Source: Patescibacteria group bacterium (GTDB lineage Bacteria; Patescibacteriota; Patescibacteriia; JACRDY01). Taken from it: a stretch of 64,000 bases of DNA. A model generated the notes under the pieces. The model ran no database searches. It saw only the letters and a list, made by a program, of their open reading frames with translations, and had not been told where the DNA came from. A program made the position numbers and the translations under genes. The DNA is taken from the NCBI GenBank assembly GCA_041671565.1, contig JBAZBH010000002.1:32000-95999 (forward strand). Reading direction: 5' to 3'. Shown here in pieces: positions 38,964 to 47,351 of this stretch. Numbering within the stretch: the stretch's first letter is position 1; every line of letters begins with the position of its first letter.

Positions 38964-40793
38964 ATGTCAAAATTAATCGATCTCACCTTCGGCCCTTGGC
39001 GCTTCATCGTCCGCCGTCTGCACCGTCGCTATCAAGTCCGCTACAAATTCAACCGCAAGCACCTGGTGGCTGATTTGATTATGTTTTTGGCGGTGGTTGT
39101 TTTGATCCTCGGCAATCTTTATTTAAACCTGATTTTTGCTAAATGGGCGATTGCCCTCAAAGTCAGGACCGAAATCGCGGTCAGCGAGATTGTCCAAAAC
39201 GGCAGTGAAACTAAGATCGCGGTCAGATATTTTAACAGCAATAAAACCGATGTTTTGCGCGGCGCGTTGTTAAAATTGGACTTGCCGGTAAGTTTTCAGG
39301 CCGAAACGGCAAGCGACCCGCGGTATGACCTCAAAACCGGCGCGATCAGCCTCGGCGATATTTTGCCGGGGAAAGGCGGCGCGCTAGAATTAACCGGTGA
39401 AGTTTGGGGCGACAGCGGCAGTGAGGCTAAAATTTTCAGCCATCTTAGTTATACTCAGGAAAATCAGGGTAGCGGTTTAAGTTGGTCAGCCGAGCGGCTC
39501 GGGTCAGCCAGTTACCGTATCAGCGGCTCGGTAGTCGGTTGCCAATTGACGATGCCGGAAACCGCTGTAAATCAAAGCGCGTTTGATTTTAATCTCGCTT
39601 GCGCCAATAATTATCGGGAAAAATTGGGTAATTTAGAAGTTAAGCTTAACGCCGATAGCGGACAAATAATCGACAGTACGGTCGGGCCGTTTAATGAGCT
39701 TGGGGCCGGGGAGAAAACTGATTTTTCCGCTCGCGCTCGGTTTAATTTGCCGGAAAAGGCTGACCGCGGCCGCCTCGGTTATCAACTGTTTGGCCAGGCG
39801 CCAGACGGTCGGCGTTTGCTCTTGGATCAAGGAGAAACTTCAGTTAATATTTTTCACGCCCATTTCAGCGTTAAAGCCGAGTTAATCGGCCAGGCGGCTG
39901 ATTACGCGCCGCTGCCGGGCGAGGAACTGGAATATCGTCTGGTTTATCAGAATAACGAAAAAGAGGCGATCAAATATCTAGCCATTAGCGTAGATTTAAC
40001 CAGCCCGCTGTGGGATATAACTTCGGTTAAGGGTGATCAAACTTTTGCCTTTTCCGACCGGCAGTTGATTTTTGCCGAACGCGGCGAGACCTCTCCGGGC
40101 AAGCGCGGCGTGCTGGCACCGGGTCAAAGTGAAGAATTTAAATTTAAAATTAAAACCGTCAAAACGGTTGTTGCCGGTTTAACTCCGCCGGTTTATTTAA
40201 TACTGGCGCCGGTGGCTGATTATTCGTTGCTGGTGAATGGCGTTGATTTTGCGGTGACGGTTGACGGGCAGGCGAGCAAAAATCTTTTGAGCTCCAGTCT
40301 TGATTTAGAAGCCCTCGCCCGTTATTACACTGCTGAAGGCGAACAGCTAGGCGTTGGGCCCTTGCCGCCGGCGGTCGGTATTCCAACTAAGTACCGGATT
40401 TTTTGGCAGGTGAGTGTTAGCTACAATCCGGTCAGTGAGATTAAAGTTGTTGGCACGCTCGCGCCGAATGTCAGCTGGACCGGCCAAGAAAGTGTCAGCG
40501 CCGGCGCCGGATTAAACTTTGACCCCAAAACCAACCAGATCTCCTGGGCGCCGGGCGTTGCCGCGGCTCTCACCGGCTACGGCTCATTGCCGCAGAGCGC
40601 CAACTTTGCTTTGTCTTTAATCCCGCTCGCGAGCCAAATCGGCCGGCCGGCGGTTTTACTAGAGGACATCACTATCACCGGCCGCGACCAAACCACTGGC
40701 CGCGAACTCCGCCAAACCATTCCCAGTATTACCACGGACTTGTTTTCTGACCCGCTGGGGAGGGGGAAGGGGAGGGTGGTGAATTGGGAATAA
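38964..40793 (+). CDS. membrane-anchored Ig-like/DUF11-type surface protein
   Basis: One TM helix; beta-sandwich repeats; GPLPPAVG..TKYRIFW. Confidence 0.75.
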   Translation: MSKLIDLTFGPWRFIVRRLHRRYQVRYKFNRKHLVADLIMFLAVVVLILGNLYLNLIFAKWAIALKVRTEIAVSEIVQNGSETKIAVRYFNSNKTDVLRGALLKLDLPVSFQAETASDPRYDLKTGAISLGDILPGKGGALELTGEVWGDSGSEAKIFSHLSYTQENQGSGLSWSAERLGSASYRISGSVVGCQLTMPETAVNQSAFDFNLACANNYREKLGNLEVKLNADSGQIIDSTVGPFNELGAGEKTDFSARARFNLPEKADRGRLGYQLFGQAPDGRRLLLDQGETSVNIFHAHFSVKAELIGQAADYAPLPGEELEYRLVYQNNEKEAIKYLAISVDLTSPLWDITSVKGDQTFAFSDRQLIFAERGETSPGKRGVLAPGQSEEFKFKIKTVKTVVAGLTPPVYLILAPVADYSLLVNGVDFAVTVDGQASKNLLSSSLDLEALARYYTAEGEQLGVGPLPPAVGIPTKYRIFWQVSVSYNPVSEIKVVGTLAPNVSWTGQESVSAGAGLNFDPKTNQISWAPGVAAALTGYGSLPQSANFALSLIPLASQIGRPAVLLEDITITGRDQTTGRELRQTIPSITTDLFSDPLGRGKGRVVNWE

Positions 40794-40798
40794 AAGGG

Positions 40799-40925
40799 AG
40801 ATTTAAGATTTAGGATTTAAGATTTAAGAATGGTCGGTAGCCAGCGTTTAGACTAAAAACCATAGGTTTAAGGAAACTCAATGCGGAGTTTATTCTTAAA
40901 TCTTAAATCTTAATTCTTAAATCTT
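40799..40925. repeat. GATTTAA outer element with no inner element
   Basis: gatttaagatttaggatttaagatttaagaat / attcttaaatcttaaatcttaattcttaaatc. Confidence 0.88.
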
Positions 40926-40978
40926 TTTCTCTAATTTTAGCCGTTTTTTCTGCCTGTCAGAAAAGGCGGTTTTTTTAG

Positions 40979-41007
40979 TTGACAAAAATCTCTGACCGTG
41001 GTAAGGT
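40979..41007 (+). promoter_or_regulatory. sigma70-type promoter TTGACA-17-TAAGGT
   Basis: ttgaca...gtggtaaggt. Confidence 0.65.
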
Positions 41008-41252
41008 AGGGCGTTAAGTTCGTTGACAATGGAATGTCACACTAAATAAAAAGGGAGGAGGAATCCTCGCTGATTCCTCGCATTTTTTGTTTTTAACCAA
41101 AAAAACCAAAAGGAGGAATTAAAAAGGGTTCAGTTCAGAGTCAAAAAATAGAGAATCTTAGAAAAATTCAGAAACCGCCCCTTTGGGGCAATAAAACAAA
41201 AAAATTAGAATCACCGCGCCCCAGAAAGGCGCACAAACCATGGAGTAGGAAA

Positions 41253-42596
41253 ATGAAACGCAGTTTGTTCCTTTTTTGTCTCATCATCACCGTGATGATG
41301 GGCGTTGTCGCTTGCAATAGCAGTGATGACGATGACAACGGAGCCACCGCCGACGACACCAATGACGGCGGCGACGACATCGATGACGACGCGATTGATG
41401 ATGATGGCAGTGACGACACCGGCGACGACGACACGGTCGCAGAAACGATGAATCTGAAAATGTCGGTGCCTCTTACCGAGTACACCGCCGCCGCCCAGTA
41501 TGGGCGATTCAGTGAAGTGTGGGAAGATGGTACGCCGGGCGATTTTTATGCCGAAAGTCCGGTGAATTATAGCGCCGACTCCGGCCAGATTTTTGCCGCG
41601 GCTGACGCGCCGGTTACTGTGGTGCGGATTACCGTCGACATTATCAAGGCCGACGGCACGCCGGTTGGTCCTGGCATTACGCCGACGCCGACATTCACGC
41701 GGAACGGGAGCCCGTTGTACCCTTCGGGGTACTATACGGATCCGAACGAAAATCCGGATACTGGCACCAGCGGCTGGATTCTCTATCCCGCCGGTACCGG
41801 CACGACCACGACGACCACGCAGGCACCCACTACCACAACGACTCAGGCGCCGACCACGACGACCACGGTGGCACCGACTACCACGACCACCGAGTTGCCG
41901 ACCACTACGAGCACGGTGGCGCCTACTACGACGACTGTGGCTCCGACGACGACCACCACCTCTGAGCCGCCGACCACGACGAGCACGGTGGTCACCACCA
42001 CGACGGGGATGACCACGACGACGATTCCGCCGACGGTGACGGAGATTTTCGACGGGGTTACCTCGGTGGAGATCAGTAATCTGCAGGTTGTCAACGGCAA
42101 TTTGCAGAATTTTTCCCATGTGGCGGCGAATGGCAGTTCGCTGGGCACGCCTATCTCGGCGGCCAATGTGATTGCGATTCAGGTCGCGATCGACTATGTC
42201 GATCCCGCGAATTTCCCGGAACTGCTGGTGAGCGGCGTGACGGCGGCGGGTTCATATCCTGTCGTGACCTCAGCCATCGCCGGTCTGGAATACACCATTC
42301 GCGTCCGGCTGGCCGATGGCAGCTCGGGCTGGGCCTGGCTGGACGCCAGTTTTGCCGTTATTGGCGGGACGATTCAGCCGATTGGGCCGCCGATCAACGG
42401 GAATCGGGTCGTTCGCGATGCGTTCAGCATCACGGCCGGCCTTTGGAGCCGCGCGGCCGTGGAAGCCCTGAATGGCGGCACCGTGACCGGGCTACTTTTC
42501 CGGCAGTGCACGGAGTATGCCGACGGGACGAAGGAATGCGTTACTCGGCCGCTCAGTGTCGGCAGTGTCAATCTCGGCGGCGACGCCTATTATTGA
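41253..42596 (+). CDS. lipoprotein with Asp-rich and Thr-rich linkers
   Basis: Lipobox VVA-C; DDD repeats; (V/Q)APTTTTT repeats; SD ggag. Confidence 0.85.
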   Translation: MKRSLFLFCLIITVMMGVVACNSSDDDDNGATADDTNDGGDDIDDDAIDDDGSDDTGDDDTVAETMNLKMSVPLTEYTAAAQYGRFSEVWEDGTPGDFYAESPVNYSADSGQIFAAADAPVTVVRITVDIIKADGTPVGPGITPTPTFTRNGSPLYPSGYYTDPNENPDTGTSGWILYPAGTGTTTTTTQAPTTTTTQAPTTTTTVAPTTTTTELPTTTSTVAPTTTTVAPTTTTTSEPPTTTSTVVTTTTGMTTTTIPPTVTEIFDGVTSVEISNLQVVNGNLQNFSHVAANGSSLGTPISAANVIAIQVAIDYVDPANFPELLVSGVTAAGSYPVVTSAIAGLEYTIRVRLADGSSGWAWLDASFAVIGGTIQPIGPPINGNRVVRDAFSITAGLWSRAAVEALNGGTVTGLLFRQCTEYADGTKECVTRPLSVGSVNLGGDAYY

Positions 42597-42633
42597 CCGG
42601 CTGTCCGGCCACTTTTATTCACAGCACGACACG

Positions 42634-42663
42634 CGGCGGGGAACCATTCCCCGCCGCCTTTTT
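42634..42663 (+). terminator. intrinsic terminator
   Basis: gcggcggggaa-cca-ttccccgccgc followed by a T run. Confidence 0.8.
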
Positions 42664-42668
42664 AATAT

Positions 42669-43212
42669 AAAAGTCCAGAGTCCAGAGTCCAGAGAAAGCC
42701 AAGAGTTTAGAGTTCAGAGCGTTATTTTTTAAAACTTCTAAGTTTAGCTACAAAAGCGTAGGTTAATTTAGAAGTTTCTATTAGCAGGCCTTCAGTTTTT
42801 CGGAATTGCTCTGGCTTGCCAAAACCTAGGCTTTTGGCAATTAATAGCTGGGTTTCCAATTCCATTAGCGAACCGCGACTGATTAAGATAAATCTGGCAA
42901 AATCGCCGTCGGATCTTCGGCCGTAGCCTTCAGCGATGTTAGATGGGACAGAAACCGCCGCTCGGCGGATTTGCGTGGTTAGACCAAAAAGCTCGGCTTG
43001 GGGAAACGAAGCGGTTAACTCATAGACGGTTTTGACCAAATCAATGGCTTTTTGCCAAACGATTAGGTCTTGGTAGGATTTGAATAGCATAGTTTTAGGT
43101 TATTAATTAATGGTTTAATTATACCTAATCAATCATTAACTAAATCTAAAATAATCATTAAATAATTCTAAACTGGGATCTTTATTCTCCGGACTCCGGA
43201 CTCCGGACTTTT
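42669..43212. mobile_element. putative repeat-bounded cassette: 28-bp heptamer inverted arms enclosing a four-helix-bundle gene
   Basis: aaaagtccagagtccagagtccagagaa (42669-42696) and ttctccggactccggactccggactttt (43185-43212); mobility is inferred. Confidence 0.6.
42722..43090 (-). CDS. four helix bundle protein (S23/23S rRNA-IVP family, bAvd-like fold)
   Basis: YQDLIVWQKA, FPxxELFGLTTQIRRAAVSVPSNIAEG, SRGSLMELETQL. Confidence 0.95.
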   Translation of the reverse strand: MLFKSYQDLIVWQKAIDLVKTVYELTASFPQAELFGLTTQIRRAAVSVPSNIAEGYGRRSDGDFARFILISRGSLMELETQLLIAKSLGFGKPEQFRKTEGLLIETSKLTYAFVAKLRSFKK

Positions 43213-43225
43213 GACCCAAAAAACA

Positions 43226-43254
43226 TTGACAGGTGGCCTTGCTTATGGTAAGGT
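43226..43254 (+). promoter_or_regulatory. sigma70-type promoter TTGACA-17-TAAGGT
   Basis: ttgaca...atggtaaggt. Confidence 0.65.
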
Positions 43255-43316
43255 GGGATGTCACAAAAGAGCAGAAAGCAGGCTGGATTTAAATGGCTAA
43301 AATTAGCAGAAGAATG

Positions 43317-43372
43317 TGATATATGGCATGTGGTATATGGGAGTTTCCCCATATACGATATACCACATACCA
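43317..43372. repeat. short heptamer inverted element (TATATGG/CATATAC family)
   Basis: atatggcatgtggtatatggg / cccatatacgatataccacatacc. Confidence 0.65.
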
Positions 43373-43433
43373 TTTAGTTCTTAAGTGGTTAAAACAAGAA
43401 TAAAGAATAAGAAATTAAGTAGCTATCTCGTCT

Positions 43434-44579
43434 ATGCGTATCGCGTTTATCGGACAAAAAGGAATACCGGTGAAGTTTGGCGGCATTGAGCGCCACGCCG
43501 AAGAGCTGGCTGCGCGTTTAGTCAAAAACGGGCACCAGGTTTTTGTTTACACTCGGCCGTGGTATAGCGATCCGGAATTGAAAGAATTTCAGGGCATCAA
43601 GCTGATTAGCCTGCCGTCCATTAACACCAAGCACTTAGATGCTATTTCTCATACCTTTGTTGCCACGATTCATGCTTTGTTCGCGCCTTACGATGTTATT
43701 CATTATCATGGCGTGGGCCCGGCCTTGCTGTCGTTTATTCCGCGGATTTTTAAGCCGTCGGCTCGCGTGGTGGTGACCTTCCACTGCATTGACCGTAAGC
43801 ACCAGAAATGGGGTTGGTTTGCCCGTTTGACCCTCAAGCTTGGTGAAATGGCGGCCTGCGCTTTTGCCCATAAAACTATTGCCGTTTCCAAATCTCTCCA
43901 GTTTTACTGCTCGCAGATTTATAATTGCGAGGCCGTGTATATTCCGTCCGGCGCCAGCTGGAAGCCGGCCGTGGTGGCGGACAATCTTCTCGCTGAGAAG
44001 TTTGGCCTGGATCAAGATGATTATATTTTGACGGTTTCGCGCCTGGTGCGCCATAAAGGTATCCATTATTTGATTGATGGTTACCGCGCGCTCAAAACCG
44101 ATAAAAAACTGGTGATTGTCGGCGATTCGGCGTTTACCGATGACTATGTCAAAGAATTGCGCGAGGCGGCCAAGGACGACCCGCGGATTATTTTTACCGG
44201 TTACCAAGGCGGCGCTGAATTAGAGCAGTTGTTTGCCCATGCTTATCTCGTGGTCCAACCGTCCGAGTCCGAAGGTTTGCCTTTGTCGGTCCTGGAAGCC
44301 ATGAGTTATAGCCGGGCAGTATTGTCTTCGGATATTGCCGAAAATTTGGAAGTGGTTAAAGACCATGGTTTTAGTTTCAAAAATAAAGATGTCGCTGATC
44401 TAGTTAGTCAGTTAGAGCTTTTACTTTCTCGGCCGGATTTGGTTAAAACCGTCGGTTCCGCCGGCCGTGATTATATTAACCAGAATTATAATTGGGATGA
44501 TATCGCGCGGAAGACAGGCGATGTCTATAAAGAACTTTTGGCGGAAGAAGCGTCTTTGGAGGCTGTTGTTATAAAGTAA
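43434..44579 (+). CDS. glycosyltransferase family 4
   Basis: IGQKGIP..FGGIE, RLVRHKG, EGLPLSVLEAMS. Confidence 0.93.
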   Translation: MRIAFIGQKGIPVKFGGIERHAEELAARLVKNGHQVFVYTRPWYSDPELKEFQGIKLISLPSINTKHLDAISHTFVATIHALFAPYDVIHYHGVGPALLSFIPRIFKPSARVVVTFHCIDRKHQKWGWFARLTLKLGEMAACAFAHKTIAVSKSLQFYCSQIYNCEAVYIPSGASWKPAVVADNLLAEKFGLDQDDYILTVSRLVRHKGIHYLIDGYRALKTDKKLVIVGDSAFTDDYVKELREAAKDDPRIIFTGYQGGAELEQLFAHAYLVVQPSESEGLPLSVLEAMSYSRAVLSSDIAENLEVVKDHGFSFKNKDVADLVSQLELLLSRPDLVKTVGSAGRDYINQNYNWDDIARKTGDVYKELLAEEASLEAVVIK

Positions 44580-44604
44580 ATTTAGTTTTTAGTATTGCAC
44601 GGTT

Positions 44605-44714
44605 TAAAGTTCAAAATCCAAAGATTCAAAGTTCAAATCAAGTTCAAAGACCAAAACTACTACATATTTTAACATTTGAACTTGATTTGAACTTTGGATT
44701 TTGAACTTTGCACT
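44605..44714. repeat. AAAGTTC family inverted element
   Basis: aaagttcaaaatccaaagattcaaagttcaaatcaagttcaaa / tttgaacttgatttgaactttggattttgaacttt. Confidence 0.88.
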
Positions 44715-44775
44715 TATAATTAAAAAAAATCCCTCCACACGCGTTGAGGGTATTTTTATTAAGTAAATAATTTGT

Positions 44776-45072
44776 TTATTCTTTCGCCTCCTCCCCTGTG
44801 GATATCCTCTCTGGGTTCGGCGAGTAGAGCGGGGCCGAGATCTTCCACTTATCCACAAACTGACCAATTCCCTCTTTGGCTAGTTTATTTTTCACCGTCG
44901 GCCGTTTCTGCGACCACTTCAGGAGGTTGTCAAAATTAACCCGATAGCGGCCGCGTACCACCACATAACCAATCTCTTTGTCATTGATTGCCCGGCGGAT
45001 GGTCTTGCTGGAGACACCAAAGATTTTAGCGGCTTCGGATAAGGATAGGCGGATAGGGGAGTTTAATGGCAT
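44776..45072 (-). CDS. excisionase-like (HTH_17) DNA-binding protein
   Basis: LSLSEAAKIFGVSSKTIRRAI...GRYRV. Confidence 0.85.
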   Translation of the reverse strand: MPLNSPIRLSLSEAAKIFGVSSKTIRRAINDKEIGYVVVRGRYRVNFDNLLKWSQKRPTVKNKLAKEGIGQFVDKWKISAPLYSPNPERISTGEEAKE

Positions 45073-45157
45073 ATTATAATCTTTAGGTTTTTAACTAGTT
45101 CAATTTTAGCAAATTTGATTGATTATGTCTACGATATTGTGGACAAATAACAGGGAA

Positions 45158-45296
45158 TTTCTAATTCTTAATTTAAAATTTTTAATGAATTTATAATGTT
45201 TAATTCTTAATTTTAATTTCCAACCAAGTTCGTGGTTATTTAAAATTAAACCTTAAAAATTGATTAAAAATTAGGAATTTTAAATTAAAAATTATT
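45158..45296. repeat. AT-rich TTTTAAT family inverted element
   Basis: Homolog of 7101-7246. Confidence 0.8.
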
Positions 45297-45440
45297 GAGC
45301 GGTTAATTTCAACTAAAACCGATTTATACCTTGTATTATTCGTGGATAACCGTCTTGCTTTAAGCCCTGTTTTTAGCTACAATAGCCGCATTGTTTTTAT
45401 CTCCAAATACCACCTAAAATTAGCTATTTAGGCTCTTAAG

Positions 45441-45468
45441 TGTAACGCTTGACGCAGCTTCGCGTCTA
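45441..45468 (+). promoter_or_regulatory. ECF sigma-type promoter
   Basis: TGTAAC-16 nt-CGTCTA ending 5 nt before the sigma factor ATG. Confidence 0.75.
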
Positions 45469-45473
45469 ATTTA

Positions 45474-46037
45474 ATGCCTAATCTCTTAGCTCAGAAATTC
45501 TTGCTTTTGAAGCTAAAAACTAAGGATCCAGAGGCCTTCGGTCAGTTTTATGATATCTATGTAAAGAAAATTTACCGCTTCATTTACTTTAAGGTTTCCT
45601 CAAAGGAAGAAGCGGAAGATCTAACTGCTGAGGCATTCTTGAAAATTTGGGAGTACATTTTTGCCGGCAAGAAAGTTGATAACCTCAATGCCTTCACTTA
45701 TCAAGTGGCGCGCAATCTGGTGATTGATTTTTACCGGCAAAAAAGCCAGAAAACTATCGCGCTCGAGTCGGAAGAAATTCTTGCCGAGATTCCCGACCCG
45801 ACTGCGGGCGCGGAAAAAATCGCCGAGCTGTGGCTGGACCAGGAAGAGCTGGCAAAATACCTCAAACAACTGAAAGACGAATATCGCGAAATTATCATTT
45901 TGAAATATCTGGACGAGCTGAGCGTTTCGGAGATTGCCAAGGTTCTTGATAAAACCAACGGCAATGTCCGAGTGCTCGCGCACCGAGCGCTGACGACTCT
46001 AAAAAATCTAGCGGAAAAAAATCACCGCCATGAATAA
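45474..46037 (+). CDS. ECF RNA polymerase sigma factor
   Basis: AEDLTAEAFLKIW, VARNLVIDFYR, region 4 HTH (LSVSEIAKVL). Confidence 0.95.
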   Translation: MPNLLAQKFLLLKLKTKDPEAFGQFYDIYVKKIYRFIYFKVSSKEEAEDLTAEAFLKIWEYIFAGKKVDNLNAFTYQVARNLVIDFYRQKSQKTIALESEEILAEIPDPTAGAEKIAELWLDQEELAKYLKQLKDEYREIIILKYLDELSVSEIAKVLDKTNGNVRVLAHRALTTLKNLAEKNHRHE

Positions 46038-47139
46038 CCACGAGTTGTTAAAACAATTAAAATCTTTAGAAACCGGCCAGCCGGACATCGAATGGGTGTC
46101 GCGGAACCGGGAGATTTTGTTATCCCAAATCCGCTCCCAGCAAGCGAAGCCAGTTGAGCTGTTTTCCCGCGCCGGCGCCAACTTCAGCTGGCAGGCGGTG
46201 CAGGTGCTTTTCCCGGTTCGGCTCGCGGTCCGCGCCGTGACGGCCGTCGGTTTGGTTATCGTCTTTCTTTTGGGCAGTTCCGTCACTTCAGCCTGGGCGG
46301 ACCGCAGTCTGCCGGGCGATCTTCTCTACAATGTTAAAATCACCACCGAGAAAGTCCAGTCCGCCATTACCACTTCAGCGGAAGATAAAACCAAGCTGGA
46401 AATGGAGTTTGCCGGCAAGCGGCTCGATGAGATCAAACGGCTGAGCGCCGAACAGCCAACTAGCGGCCGGCAGAAAGAAATCAAAAACACCCTTGCCAGC
46501 TACAAAAAAAATCTCGAGCAAGTTAATAATAATTTAGCCCAATTGGCCGGCCAGGGCAACGCGGAAAAAACGGCTGAATTGGCAACGCTGGTTAACAGCC
46601 AAACCACCGGTTATTCAAAATCACTGGCCGAGAGCGAGCAGGCGATAAAATCCCAAAGCAATGACTTTGGCCAGCAGGTCAAAGAAGTTTTGGATTTGTC
46701 TTTGGCGACAACCGATCAGGCGCTGGAAATTATGGTTGAGAAACAACAGCTCGCCGGCGCGGCGCTTTCACCGGAGGCGATCAAGCAGATTATTGGCGAA
46801 CGGATCAATAAAGCCAAAGAAAAATTAACTGCTTTAAAGCAAGAAGCGAATAATCAAGAAAACGCTTTATCAGTTATTAGCGCCAAGGCCCAGCGGCAGG
46901 CGGCTGCCACCCGTTTAGCCACCGCGCGGGAAGAATTAGCTTTAAGCGGTCAAAGTTTGGAATCAGCCCAGGCGGCTTTGGCGGGCAATGATTTAACTTC
47001 CGTTTTAAATAAATTAAAAGAGGCGAGCCAGGCGTTACGGGACGCCGAGGCGGCTTTGACTGAGCCGGTTTTGCCGGCGGTTGAGGTTGAAGGCGCGTCG
47101 GTGATAAAAGAAGTGGAGCCGGCGGAGACCTTGAAGTAG
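46030..47139 (+). CDS. DUF5667-like putative anti-sigma membrane protein
   Basis: Overlaps the sigma gene; TM followed by SLPGDLLYNVK..E motif; helical C-terminus. Confidence 0.8.
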   Translation: MNNHELLKQLKSLETGQPDIEWVSRNREILLSQIRSQQAKPVELFSRAGANFSWQAVQVLFPVRLAVRAVTAVGLVIVFLLGSSVTSAWADRSLPGDLLYNVKITTEKVQSAITTSAEDKTKLEMEFAGKRLDEIKRLSAEQPTSGRQKEIKNTLASYKKNLEQVNNNLAQLAGQGNAEKTAELATLVNSQTTGYSKSLAESEQAIKSQSNDFGQQVKEVLDLSLATTDQALEIMVEKQQLAGAALSPEAIKQIIGERINKAKEKLTALKQEANNQENALSVISAKAQRQAAATRLATAREELALSGQSLESAQAALAGNDLTSVLNKLKEASQALRDAEAALTEPVLPAVEVEGASVIKEVEPAETLK

Positions 47140-47351
47140 TTAGCAAATTCTTGGTTCGCCGGCGTTTCGGCAAATAAAGAGTTTGGTGACTAGTTCACCG
47201 ATTAATGAAGCTGTGAAGACCCGCAAGGTCGATTCGCCGTCAGGCGAAGTTTTCACAATTAAAAAAATAAAAGCTATTTCGGCTCGAGGTTAGCGCATCC
47301 CAATTGGGCGGTAATCTTGACTGAAAGGCTTAATAAAGAAAAAAGGTTATT

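Noticed and set aside
42722-43090. Diversity-generating retroelement suggested by the Avd-like fold
   Set aside because: No reverse transcriptase in the window and no TR/VR pair with adenine-specific differences was seen.
44604-44867. Short ORFs running through repeat elements (also 18076-18390, 43182-43373, 63094-63435)
   Set aside because: They translate heptamer repeats or alternative frames of real genes.
44776-45072. Prophage or integrative element implied by the excisionase-like HTH gene
   Set aside because: No integrase, att repeats or phage genes nearby.
44797-45349. DnaA-box-like 9-mers plus an AT-rich tract as oriC
   Set aside because: The only perfect box (44849-44857) lies in coding sequence (VDK codons), the AT tract is a repeat also found at 7101, and gene orientation does not switch.
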